A stretch of DNA of 28,047 nucleotides, from assembly GCA_965242925.1 (NCBI GenBank), contig CBDEUM010000020.1:1-28047 (forward strand). The letters run 5' to 3'. The translations under genes and the position numbers were made by a program. Numbering within the stretch: the first letter of the stretch is position 1; every line of letters starts with the position of its first letter. This document shows positions 1 to 9,071 of this stretch, piece by piece. The DNA comes from Roseibacillus sp. (GTDB lineage: Bacteria > Verrucomicrobiota > Verrucomicrobiia > Verrucomicrobiales > Akkermansiaceae). The notes beneath the pieces were generated by a model. That model was not told where the DNA came from. It saw only the letters and a program-made list of their open reading frames with translations, and made no database searches.

Positions 1-2
1 GA

Positions 3-98
3 CGTGATGCAAGGCTGCTGCGTGACGAGATCGCCATCGGAATGGACACGATTTCATCGACAAACTCCGGAGCCGGAAGTTTAGCCACCACCGGGTGA
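3..98 (+). CDS. 3' end of an upstream CDS truncated by the window edge; product unknown
   Basis: Frame open from base 3 (RDARLLRDEIAIGMDTISSTNSGAGSLATTG) to TGA at 96-98; too short to identify. Confidence 0.35.
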   Translation, partial: RDARLLRDEIAIGMDTISSTNSGAGSLATTG

Positions 99-365
99 AT
101 GACCTGGTCCGCAGCAAAGATTTTCTCAAGTGCCGATGGAACGGGGGGGCCCACCAGAGGCACGTCCTGGGAATTCAGCGGACCCACTCCAACACCCGAA
201 AATACAGCTCCCACGGTCAACACCCCCATCCAATTAGGCCACATGCCCCACTGTTCCCGCCAGCAGCGAGTTCTCAAGAAAAAGTATTCGGGAAAATTGG
301 AATTTTGGCCAATGTCTGATTCAAGACACTTGAAATATTCCCTTTAAAACTCGAAACTCCTGCCG

Positions 366-1175
366 ATGAAACTCGGCCTGATAGGATGCGGAAAGATGGG
401 AAAAGCCCTCACGATCGGGGCCATTGATGCCGGTGCTGTTGCCTCCACGGACGTGGTAGCTTTCGATATATTTTCAACCGCCCTGGATTCCCTTGTCACT
501 GAACGAGGAGTCCGCACTGCCGATTCCATCGCAGCGGTTGCCACTGCAGTCGACATTCTCTTCCTTGCCGTGAAGCCGCACGATGTGCCTGAGGCTCTCC
601 AACAGATACGGAATTCCGGCAGCGATACGGAGAGCCTCCTGGTGATTTCGGTGGCTGCCGGCCTTACCCTTGCCCGACTCGAACAGGAAGTCGGCGAGGG
701 TGCACGCGTCATCCGTTCCATGCCGAACACCCCCGCACTGATAGGCAAGGGTGCCGCCGCCTTCACCCGTGGAAGCAACGCCACCAAAGGCGATGCCGCA
801 ACCGCGCGGAGACTCCTTGGCGCCGTCGGCGTGGTAGTTGAAGTGAAGGAATCCCTCATGAATGCGGTCACTGGACTCTCCGGCAGCGGTCCCGCCTACG
901 TTTATCTCTTCATCGAGGCCCTTGCCGATGGCGCCGTACAAAACGGTCTGCCCCGCGATCAGGCCCGCGAACTCGCCGCTCAGACAGTCCTCGGGGCTGC
1001 TGCCATGGTGCAGTCGACGGGAGAGCACCCCGCCGTTCTCAAGGATATGGTGACCTCTCCCGGCGGCACCACCATTGCTGCTCTCAAGACCCTCGAAGCA
1101 CACGCCTTCCGCGCAGCCTGCATCGACGCCGTCAACACCGCTACCGCCCGCGCCCGCGAAATGGGAGAGGAATAG
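366..1175 (+). CDS. proC: Pyrroline-5-carboxylate reductase
   Basis: N-terminal GxGxMG NAD(P)-binding motif (LIGCGKMG), LAVKP, RSMPNTPA, GLSGSGPAY and VTSPGGTT motifs typical of ProC; 269 aa. Confidence 0.97.
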   Translation: MKLGLIGCGKMGKALTIGAIDAGAVASTDVVAFDIFSTALDSLVTERGVRTADSIAAVATAVDILFLAVKPHDVPEALQQIRNSGSDTESLLVISVAAGLTLARLEQEVGEGARVIRSMPNTPALIGKGAAAFTRGSNATKGDAATARRLLGAVGVVVEVKESLMNAVTGLSGSGPAYVYLFIEALADGAVQNGLPRDQARELAAQTVLGAAAMVQSTGEHPAVLKDMVTSPGGTTIAALKTLEAHAFRAACIDAVNTATARAREMGEE

Positions 1176-1308
1176 ACAGGGACAGCGGCCCTGGTGCAGC
1201 CTCGATCCACAGGGCCAGGGTTCTAACTAATCACATGGTTTGTTTGCTTTCCTTAGGGGCTGCAAAATCGCGATTGGATTTTCAAGAAGGGCGAATAGAG
1301 TTCGTCTT

Positions 1309-2256
1309 ATGATCGGTCTTCGCCGTGTCCTTATCCATCCTGGTTGGTGCTTTTGCCTTCTGGCCTCCTGTGCCAGCACACCAGAGTCCGAGCTCACCAT
1401 CGCCGGCACTCACCATGGTTCCGACCGCGATGCGCAGATCCTCTACGCCCGAGCCCAGGCCGCCGATCAATCCGGCAAGAGCAAGAAAGCAATCAGCCTC
1501 TACGAGAATACCGCAACCAAGAATCCTCATTCCCCGGTTGCCCCCGCCGCACGCTTCCGCCAGGCAGAACTCCTTGAACAGCGAGCCAAACCGGATGAGG
1601 CCTTTGAGGCCTACCAGATGGTGATCACCCTCTACCAGGCTTCTTCGCTCTACGCCAAGGCGCGCGACCGCCAGGCAAGGCTCGCTCATGCAGTAGCAGA
1701 TGGACAGATCTCCGACAAACTCCTGTGGTTCAAAACCGCTCCCGATATCAAGAAGATCGTCTCAATGCTTGAAACCGTACGCGATAACGCCCCGCGGGCT
1801 CCTTCCGCAGCCAAAGCCCAGCATGCCATTGGAAGAACCTACGAAAGCAAGAAATCGAAGGTTAACCAAGCGATCACCGCCTATCAGGACGTGGTCGACA
1901 ACTACCCACACTCCCTCTACGCCCCCGAAGCCCAGTACAAGATCGGCCAACTCCTCCTGATGGGAGCGAGCAAGGGCAACCAGGATAACTCCAACCTTGA
2001 TCGCGCCCAGCACGCCTTCGAGGATTTGCGCCAGTCCTACCCAAAATCCAAACGTGCCGCCGATGCCGCGACCAAAATCGCTGAAATTCGCTCCCGCGAA
2101 ATTCAGCGCAACTTTGATATCGCCGAGTTCTACTTCAGGAAGGAACAAAACAGCTCTGCCACCGTCTATTACCGGGAAGTCGTTCGTAAAACCACCGGAG
2201 GATCCCTCCACGATCGCGCGAAGGCCCGCCTTCAGAGCATCGGAACCTCGGAGTGA
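1309..2256 (+). CDS. bamD: Outer membrane protein assembly factor BamD-like TPR lipoprotein
   Basis: Lipobox-like LLASC after a hydrophobic stretch; TPR helices with YPxS..A..A motifs (NYPHSLYAPEAQYKIG, SYPKSKRAADA); IAEFY near the C-terminus. ATG at 1309 preferred over the ORF-track start at 1240. Confidence 0.8.
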   Translation: MIGLRRVLIHPGWCFCLLASCASTPESELTIAGTHHGSDRDAQILYARAQAADQSGKSKKAISLYENTATKNPHSPVAPAARFRQAELLEQRAKPDEAFEAYQMVITLYQASSLYAKARDRQARLAHAVADGQISDKLLWFKTAPDIKKIVSMLETVRDNAPRAPSAAKAQHAIGRTYESKKSKVNQAITAYQDVVDNYPHSLYAPEAQYKIGQLLLMGASKGNQDNSNLDRAQHAFEDLRQSYPKSKRAADAATKIAEIRSREIQRNFDIAEFYFRKEQNSSATVYYREVVRKTTGGSLHDRAKARLQSIGTSE

Positions 2257-2260
2257 CATC

Positions 2261-2809
2261 ATGCCTGGCCTGCCGCGCTCAAATTCCCCAGCCTCTCTCC
2301 TCCTTGGTTTTATCGTCGTGTCGGTATTCTCCCTGAGTTGCAGCAGTTGTGCAGGTTACAAGTGGGGTGACGCCAAGCCAAGGCACCTTGCCACGGTGCA
2401 TAATCTCAACGTGGCAATGGTGGAGAATGACACTCAGATTCCCCGTGCGGCTGCCCTCGCCACCAATTGCCTCATCGACGCCATCACCCGGGACGGCACT
2501 TACCGCATTTCCAGGATCGATACCGCTGACGCCTGTCTCCTCACCACTCTCAAAAAAATCGAGCACAGGCAGGCACGTTCAACCCGGGAAGACATTCTGC
2601 GCTCGGAGGAACTGGAAATGGAAGCTCACCTTAGCTGGTCTCTGGTTGACGCCCGCAATCCCGCCAGGGTTCTGGCGAGTGGAACCTCTCGAGGCAGCAC
2701 CCGCTTCTTCGTGGACCCTAACCTGCAGACCGCTCGCCAGACCGCACTCGTCGACGCCGTCAGACGTGCCGCCGAAGGAGCGGTCGCCCGCTTCTCGGAG
2801 GGGTTTTAG
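2261..2809 (+). CDS. LptE-like (LPS assembly) lipoprotein
   Basis: ATG 5 nt after the bamD stop; hydrophobic signal ending SSC-AGY; about 182 aa with the LptE-like pattern (VENDT...P, DAxL, final amphipathic helix). The ORF-track start at 1997 is an overextension. Confidence 0.7.
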   Translation: MPGLPRSNSPASLLLGFIVVSVFSLSCSSCAGYKWGDAKPRHLATVHNLNVAMVENDTQIPRAAALATNCLIDAITRDGTYRISRIDTADACLLTTLKKIEHRQARSTREDILRSEELEMEAHLSWSLVDARNPARVLASGTSRGSTRFFVDPNLQTARQTALVDAVRRAAEGAVARFSEGF

Positions 2810-2986
2810 CGATTAGTCGCATCTCCATGCCTGGCATGGCCATCACCCCGAAGACGCAATATGGCTGGAGCGCCTGGAACTCTGCTCGACTCCTCCCAAC
2901 CGCCTTCTTGAGCCAGCACCACCTGCAACACAACCCTCTGCCTTTCTGACCTTCCGGAGGCCGAGCGCTTACTCTATAGATCTTCC

Positions 2987-3685
2987 ATGCCCGACCAGCG
3001 TCCCGACCCTCTTGTCACCTTTGTGCCCACGCCCATAGGCAACCTCGCGGACATCACCCTGCGCGGATTGGAAACCCTCCGGGCGGTTGATCTAATCGCC
3101 TGCGAGGACACGAGGCATTCCCGCAAACTGCTGAATCACTACAATATCGAAAAAAAACTGCTCTCACTCCACGATCACAACGAGAAGCGCCGCATTCCAG
3201 AAATCCTCAGGAAGACCCGGGAAGGACAGCGCATCGCTGTCATTTCAGATGCTGGCACGCCATGTCTGTCAGACCCCGGACATCGACTGCTCCGCGCATG
3301 CCAGGAAGAGGACGTGCCCTACGAAGTGCTTCCTGGCGCCAGCGCCATCACCACCGCTCTTGTTGCCTCCGGACTTCCTCCCCTGCCTTTCACCTTTGGA
3401 GGATTCCTCCCTTATAAGAAGGGCAAACGGGAACGGGAACTGCAGGCCGCCCTCGATCGCGATCATACTTCCCTCTATTTCGAATCGCCCCACCGTCTAG
3501 TTTCAACACTCGAAATATTAACAAATATAAATCCTCTTGTTCGCATTAGCATTACTAAAGAATTAACTAAAAAATTTGAAAACATATATGGAGGTCAAAC
3601 CCTGAAATTGCTAGAGAGGTTTAATGATCGCCCGCCACGAGGCGAATTCGTCTTGGCGATCGATCCAACCAGCCTCAGTCAATGA
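2987..3685 (+). CDS. rsmI: 16S rRNA (cytidine1402-2'-O)-methyltransferase
   Basis: VPTPIGNLADITLR, ACEDTR, SDAGTPCLSDPG, PGASA, FESPHR, ELTKKFE and RGEFVL motifs. Confidence 0.96.
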   Translation: MPDQRPDPLVTFVPTPIGNLADITLRGLETLRAVDLIACEDTRHSRKLLNHYNIEKKLLSLHDHNEKRRIPEILRKTREGQRIAVISDAGTPCLSDPGHRLLRACQEEDVPYEVLPGASAITTALVASGLPPLPFTFGGFLPYKKGKRERELQAALDRDHTSLYFESPHRLVSTLEILTNINPLVRISITKELTKKFENIYGGQTLKLLERFNDRPPRGEFVLAIDPTSLSQ

Positions 3686-4071
3686 CCCCTACCACTCACG
3701 CCTCTCAACCCACGGGACAGTCCGCTCGCACCAGACTTCCTCTGATCCTGATTACAAACCTCTGTGTAGCTGTCTTCCTCCTCCTTGCAGTCCCCGTGAT
3801 TCACAAGGGCCAGCAGGGCTTCATCCTGCACGCAGCGGCCAACAACGACTACGTCGAAGCCGTAATCGGAAGCGGCGAGGCAGACTTCATGCAAAACGCA
3901 CTTCGCACCACCGAGAACGCCCGTGCAATGGCATACGATGATCACGTTGCCACCATGGCCGTCATGCAATTGACCGTCGCTTTCCTCGCCTTCCTGTTCT
4001 TTTTTAACAGTCTTTACCTCTTTCGCCTTCACCGTCGATCGCAACAGATCCCGATCGTTCCCGGGAGTTGA
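3682..4071 (+). CDS. Hypothetical membrane protein with two predicted TM helices
   Basis: ATGA overlap with the rsmI stop; two hydrophobic segments (LILITNLCVAVFLLLAVPVI; VMQLTVAFLAFLFFFNSLYLF); ends TGA-TGA. Confidence 0.65.
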   Translation: MTPTTHASQPTGQSARTRLPLILITNLCVAVFLLLAVPVIHKGQQGFILHAAANNDYVEAVIGSGEADFMQNALRTTENARAMAYDDHVATMAVMQLTVAFLAFLFFFNSLYLFRLHRRSQQIPIVPGS

Positions 4072-4357
4072 TGACACCAACTACGGCGCCCTGGGCCCGA
4101 TCTGCAGGAGGGGCAGATCACCAATGATCCCAGAGCGCAACCTCCCACAATGCGCGGGAAACTCCTGTCAGGAAAATAACTCTGACAGAAGGCCCCGATC
4201 CTCGGCCAGAATGTTCGACTCCGGATTGAAATCCGGGCTCGGTCTCCTACGAAAGTCCACGCATCCGGAGTCACCCCAATCACGCAATATCCTTGAAACT
4301 TTGGTAGCGGAAATCTGCCGAAATCCTCTAATATCCCCCTAGACGATCCCTCTCCAC

Positions 4358-5335
4358 ATGCTTGCGTTTTCCACCTGCTGGAACAATTCCCGCCACTCGG
4401 ACGGCGAGGCCATGATCGAGGAAATCCTCTCATTAGGCGTCAATCACATTGAGCTCAGTCATGGAATGACGATCGCCAAACTTCCGGGAATCCGCCGGGC
4501 ATTCGAAGGCGACTCCTTCCACTGCTGTGGCGTCCACAATTACTTCCCTTCCCCAACGGAGGTAATAATCGATGCTCCCGACGCCTACGAGTTCACCTCT
4601 CATCGTCCCCATGATCGCACCCGTGCACTGGAGATGACTTTCCGGTCGCTCGAATTCGCGGCGGAATTCAAGGCCCGCTACATGGTCCTTCACATGGGTT
4701 CGGTGCCTCTCATGCCGCACCACAAATGGACTGGCCGACTCACTCAGATGCTCAAGGAAGGCCGGCAACTCGACCCGAAATACGACAAACTCAAATTGAA
4801 GTGCGTCAAGAAGCGCAGCAAGACCGGCGGTCTTTACTTCGCTCGCGCCCTTGAGACCCTTGAAAAACTTGTTGAAAAAGCCGCCGAGTATCAGGTGAAA
4901 CTCGCCATCGAATCCCGCTCCAGATACGAGGATGTTCCTGCAGAAGAGGAAATGGTGGCGCTACAGCAGCACTTTTCGGATAACGAATGGATTGGTTACT
5001 GGCACGACTTCGGTCACGTTCAACTCAAGCATAACCTGGGATTACTTGAACATGATCAGTGGCTGGGCGAGATGGAGCCCTACCTGATCGGCGCTCACGT
5101 GCACGATGTGGTCTGGCCTCATCGCGACCATCGGGTCCCCTTCACCGGCACACTTGATTACGATGTTCTGCTCAAGCACTTCCAACCTGAATTGCCCCAT
5201 GTGTGGGAACTCTCGCCCCGTCGCAAGGAGGAAGAAATCCGACTGGCACTCGAGTGCTGGAGGGAAAAGTTTCCGGACACCGTGACGAAAATCGGAACGA
5301 CGCCCCTCCAGGAACTCCCGGCGACCCCCTCCTGA
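4358..5335 (+). CDS. Sugar phosphate isomerase/epimerase family (AP endonuclease 2-like TIM barrel)
   Basis: Metal-binding pattern: IELS, VHNY, VLHMG, LAIE, WHDFGH, HVHD and DHRVPFTG. Confidence 0.85.
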   Translation: MLAFSTCWNNSRHSDGEAMIEEILSLGVNHIELSHGMTIAKLPGIRRAFEGDSFHCCGVHNYFPSPTEVIIDAPDAYEFTSHRPHDRTRALEMTFRSLEFAAEFKARYMVLHMGSVPLMPHHKWTGRLTQMLKEGRQLDPKYDKLKLKCVKKRSKTGGLYFARALETLEKLVEKAAEYQVKLAIESRSRYEDVPAEEEMVALQQHFSDNEWIGYWHDFGHVQLKHNLGLLEHDQWLGEMEPYLIGAHVHDVVWPHRDHRVPFTGTLDYDVLLKHFQPELPHVWELSPRRKEEEIRLALECWREKFPDTVTKIGTTPLQELPATPS

Positions 5336-5365
5336 CAAGGGAAGTTACGCTAAAAGGAACGAGCC

Positions 5366-6310
5366 ATGATCGACGTCCGTTCAATCAGGCCCTCCCTCGA
5401 ACGCCTCGCCAATTGCGGCGTCTTCCTGGGCACCTCGTCATGGAAGTATCCCGGATGGCTGGGACAGTTATACACCGCCAGATCCTACGAATACCGGGGC
5501 AGGATGTCCAAGTCGCGCTTTGAGAAGCACTGCCTTGAGGAATATGCCCGGGTCTTCCCGAGCGTATGCGTGGACGCCTCCTTCTACCGCTTCCCCGGGG
5601 AGAGGTATCTGGAAGATCTTGCCGACCAGGCACCGTCCGGCTTTCGCTTCTCCCACAAGGTGACCGACACCATCACCATCAAGCACTTTCCTAGGTATGA
5701 ACGACATGGTGAACTCGCCGGCAAGGACAACCCCTGCTACCTGGATGCGGACCTCTTTCTCCAATCCTTCCTCAGACCCCTCCAATCACACCGTGAAAAA
5801 ACAGGCCTCATCATATTCCAGTTCTCTCACTTTTACTCGCGGGATTACGAATACGGACGGGACTTTGTCGACGATCTGGATTCTTTTCTTTCCAAGCTTC
5901 CAACCGATGAGTGGGACTTCGGAGTGGAGATCCGCAATTCCAACTTTCTCAAGAAGCCCTACTTCGAAACTCTGGCACGCCACGGCGTAGGTCACGTCTA
6001 TAATCAGTGGCAACGCATGCCTTCTCTTCCCCGCCAACTCCAACTCAATGCTCCCGACCGGAATGCCGCACCAGTGGGGTGCCGTCTGCTCCTCAAGTGC
6101 GGGCGTCACTACAAAAGCGCGGTGGAATCCTTCGAACCTTACGACCGGATACGGGACGAGCAACGCGAAGTGCGGACAGCTTCAGCCGGTCTCGTCAGAC
6201 ACCTTCTTGAGAACCCCGGGGGCAGGCGCAGCTACCTCTACGTAAACAACCGTCTTGAAGGCAACGCCCTCGCGACGATCAGCGCCATCCTCGCAATGGT
6301 TGAGGCGTAG
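5366..6310 (+). CDS. DUF72 family protein
   Basis: LGTSSWKYPGW, YARVFPSVCVDASFYRFP, FRFSHKV, FQF, VEIRN and YVNN motifs characteristic of DUF72. Confidence 0.9.
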   Translation: MIDVRSIRPSLERLANCGVFLGTSSWKYPGWLGQLYTARSYEYRGRMSKSRFEKHCLEEYARVFPSVCVDASFYRFPGERYLEDLADQAPSGFRFSHKVTDTITIKHFPRYERHGELAGKDNPCYLDADLFLQSFLRPLQSHREKTGLIIFQFSHFYSRDYEYGRDFVDDLDSFLSKLPTDEWDFGVEIRNSNFLKKPYFETLARHGVGHVYNQWQRMPSLPRQLQLNAPDRNAAPVGCRLLLKCGRHYKSAVESFEPYDRIRDEQREVRTASAGLVRHLLENPGGRRSYLYVNNRLEGNALATISAILAMVEA

Positions 6311-6559
6311 AATCCGCTCATCTACTGATTCCAAGTAGTAGTCCGGTCCAATTGAGCTCATTCCCCGGACCACAAGAGCACTTGTTGTTTAAATGTCGAT
6401 TTTTGCGTATAAGGAGAGAGCGAATAAGGAGATTCCCTTTATTTTTTCCAATTTTCTGATCTTATTTATTCGCATTATGGCTAACTTTGGGTTTTGAGGC
6501 CAACTTTTGACTCGACTTGTGCCCTCACAGGTTGATTTTGAAGAAAGAAAGGCAATTTT

Positions 6560-8287
6560 ATGGATAACAGTAAGCTGGATGGAGCTCAAGCTCTTCTCAA
6601 GACCCTCGATGAATTGGGAATCGAGTATATCTTCGGATATTCAGGTGGGGCAGCTCTCCCAATCTTCGACGCGCTGGAGACCGTCAAAACGAAGATGAAG
6701 TTCGTTCTGGTTCGACACGAGCAGGGCGCCGTGCACATGGCCGATGGATATGCCCGGGCCACCGGCAGACCCGCCGCTGTGCTTGTCACCTCCGGCCCAG
6801 GGGCAGGTAACACAGTGTCCGGTCTCATGACCGCCCAGATGGACTCCGTGCCCATGATCGTCCTGACAGGACAGCAGGTCCTCTGGATGCTGGGTAAGGA
6901 TGCCTTTCAGGAAGCGGACACCTTCAGCATCACGATGCCGGTGGTTAAGCACAACTTTCTTGTCAAGAACACCAACGACCTGCCCCGCATCGCGCGGGAG
7001 GCTCATCATATCGCCACCACGGGACGGCCTGGCCCTGTCCTGGTGGACATCCCAAAGAATGTCTCGCAGGATCCCTTCAACGGCGACCTCGATCCGGAGG
7101 TCAACCTGCCGGGGTATCACCCGGAGCACGCCTTCGAAATAGACGAGAGCGCCGTCGAGAATGCCGTCAGACTCATCCACCAAAGCCGCCGTCCCATCAT
7201 CCTCGCCGGGCAGGGCTGCATGATCGCACGGGCAGGCGACGAACTACTCAAACTGTCCCGCACGCTTGGCTGTCCAGTTACAACCACCCTCCTGGGCAAG
7301 GGCATCTATCCTGAAACGGACGACCACGCGCTGGGGATGCTGGGGATGCACGGCACCGCTTATGCAAACAAGGCTATTGTCGAGGCGGATCTCATTCTCA
7401 ACGTGGGCTCACGCTTCGATGACCGCATCATCGGCCAGACCGAGAAGTTCGGCAAGAATGCCAGCATCATTCATATCGATATCGACCCGTCCGAAATGAA
7501 CAAGATGATCGTGCCCGATGTGCAAATCCTCGGCGACGCCAGGGCAGCCCTGGTCGAACTCAACAAGCGGGTTGAAAAACTCGACACCGGGGAGTGGCTC
7601 AAGCACCTCGCAGGATACAAAAAGAAGTATCCCCTTCACTATAAGAAGCAGGGCGGCCTGCGTATGCAGCAGGTCATCGACGAACTCTATATTCTGACCA
7701 GGGGTGAAGCCATCATCGCTACTGATGTGGGACAACATCAGATGTGGGCAGCCCAATTCTACAAGTGCAACGCCCCCCACCGCTGGCTCTCCTCGGGCGG
7801 GGCGGGCACCATGGGATTCGGATTTCCGGCCGCCATCGGTGCGCAGTTTGCCTGCCCTGACGAACTGGTGGTCGCCATCGTGGGCGATGGTGGATTCCAG
7901 ATGACTCTTTTCGAATTAGCCACCGCGGCCCTCCACAAATTACCTCTCAAGATTCTCGTTCTCAACAACCACTACCTGGGAATGGTTCGGCAATGGCAGG
8001 AACTCTTCTTCGACGACCGGAAGAGTGGAGTGGACCTGGAAGGCAATCCGGACTTTGTCAAACTGGCCGCCGCCTACGGCATTGAGGGTTTCAACATCAA
8101 ACGTCCTGCCGACGTGAGTCGCATCCTTCAAAAGGCCCTCGACTACAACGAGGGACCCTGTCTCATCCACGCCGAGTGCTGCAAGACAGACAATGTCTTT
8201 CCCATGATCCCAGCGGGCGCTCCGCTTGAGGACATGCTCATAGAGCCCCCCAAGCAGAAAATGGCCAAACCGGTTGGATCCACCTAG
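6560..8287 (+). CDS. ilvB: Acetolactate synthase large subunit (biosynthetic)
   Basis: FGYSGGA, RHEQGA.HMADGYAR, TSGPGA, DAFQE, GMLGMHG, RFDDR, TDVGQHQMW and the TPP motif GDGGFQM...NN; followed by the small subunit. Confidence 0.97.
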   Translation: MDNSKLDGAQALLKTLDELGIEYIFGYSGGAALPIFDALETVKTKMKFVLVRHEQGAVHMADGYARATGRPAAVLVTSGPGAGNTVSGLMTAQMDSVPMIVLTGQQVLWMLGKDAFQEADTFSITMPVVKHNFLVKNTNDLPRIAREAHHIATTGRPGPVLVDIPKNVSQDPFNGDLDPEVNLPGYHPEHAFEIDESAVENAVRLIHQSRRPIILAGQGCMIARAGDELLKLSRTLGCPVTTTLLGKGIYPETDDHALGMLGMHGTAYANKAIVEADLILNVGSRFDDRIIGQTEKFGKNASIIHIDIDPSEMNKMIVPDVQILGDARAALVELNKRVEKLDTGEWLKHLAGYKKKYPLHYKKQGGLRMQQVIDELYILTRGEAIIATDVGQHQMWAAQFYKCNAPHRWLSSGGAGTMGFGFPAAIGAQFACPDELVVAIVGDGGFQMTLFELATAALHKLPLKILVLNNHYLGMVRQWQELFFDDRKSGVDLEGNPDFVKLAAAYGIEGFNIKRPADVSRILQKALDYNEGPCLIHAECCKTDNVFPMIPAGAPLEDMLIEPPKQKMAKPVGST

Positions 8288-8346
8288 CACTGAATCACTT
8301 AGTAATTCGTTAAGATTATCAGGGAAATCCAAACCCAGCGCAGGTC

Positions 8347-8889
8347 ATGGCCAGAACTACCACCACTTCCGATACTCCGGGGACTGCGAATCCCGGCGCC
8401 GTCATCCATACTCTCTCCATCTTCGTCAACAACAAGGCCGGAGTCCTCATGAGAATCTGCCAGGTCTTCGCCCGGCGAGGTTACAACATCGAATCCCTGG
8501 TGGTCTCCCAGGGTCGCGATCCTCACTTCAGCCGGATGACCATCGGCCTCAAGGGTGCCCCCGAAGGTCTGGAGCAGATTATCAAGCAGGTGAGCAAACT
8601 CATCGACGTCATTCACTGCTATGAACACACCTCCGCCAACGCCGTGGTGAGAGAGATGCTGCTCATCAAGTTTCTTGTGGAAGACGGTCAGCAACGCACC
8701 GATGCCCTGCAGATCATCGAGCACTTCAACGGCAAGACCGTGGATCTCACCCCCTCCTCCTTGGTGGCAATGATTACCGGTGACTCACCCAAGGTGGACG
8801 CTGCGGTCGGCATGCTCAGCCAGTTCGATATCATTGAGACTGTGCGTACCGGAAAAGTAGTCATGGCTCGCGGTGAACAGCCGACCTAG
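8347..8889 (+). CDS. ilvN: Acetolactate synthase small regulatory subunit
   Basis: ACT domain (HTLSIFVNNKAGVL..F.RRGYNIESL), EQIIKQ..KLIDV, C-terminal ETVRTG...RG. Confidence 0.95.
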   Translation: MARTTTTSDTPGTANPGAVIHTLSIFVNNKAGVLMRICQVFARRGYNIESLVVSQGRDPHFSRMTIGLKGAPEGLEQIIKQVSKLIDVIHCYEHTSANAVVREMLLIKFLVEDGQQRTDALQIIEHFNGKTVDLTPSSLVAMITGDSPKVDAAVGMLSQFDIIETVRTGKVVMARGEQPT

Positions 8890-9071
8890 GTTCAATTGAG
8901 TCTCCGGCGCCCCTGAAGCCTCCCGTTCCCGATAGCCCCCGAGCTAGATTGGATAGAACAGGGTTCCCGATCGAAAGGCCCCTGCCACGACTATCAAGGT
9001 TCCTCTGCACTTCGCCTGCGAGAAATCCGGACAGGCTTCCTGTTGCCAGGGTCCTTGGATGACGCGTTCAT

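Noticed and set aside
6380..6559. Replication origin or dif site in the AT-rich intergenic region
   Set aside because: No DnaA-box cluster or convincing XerC/XerD arms seen; more simply the ilvB promoter region.
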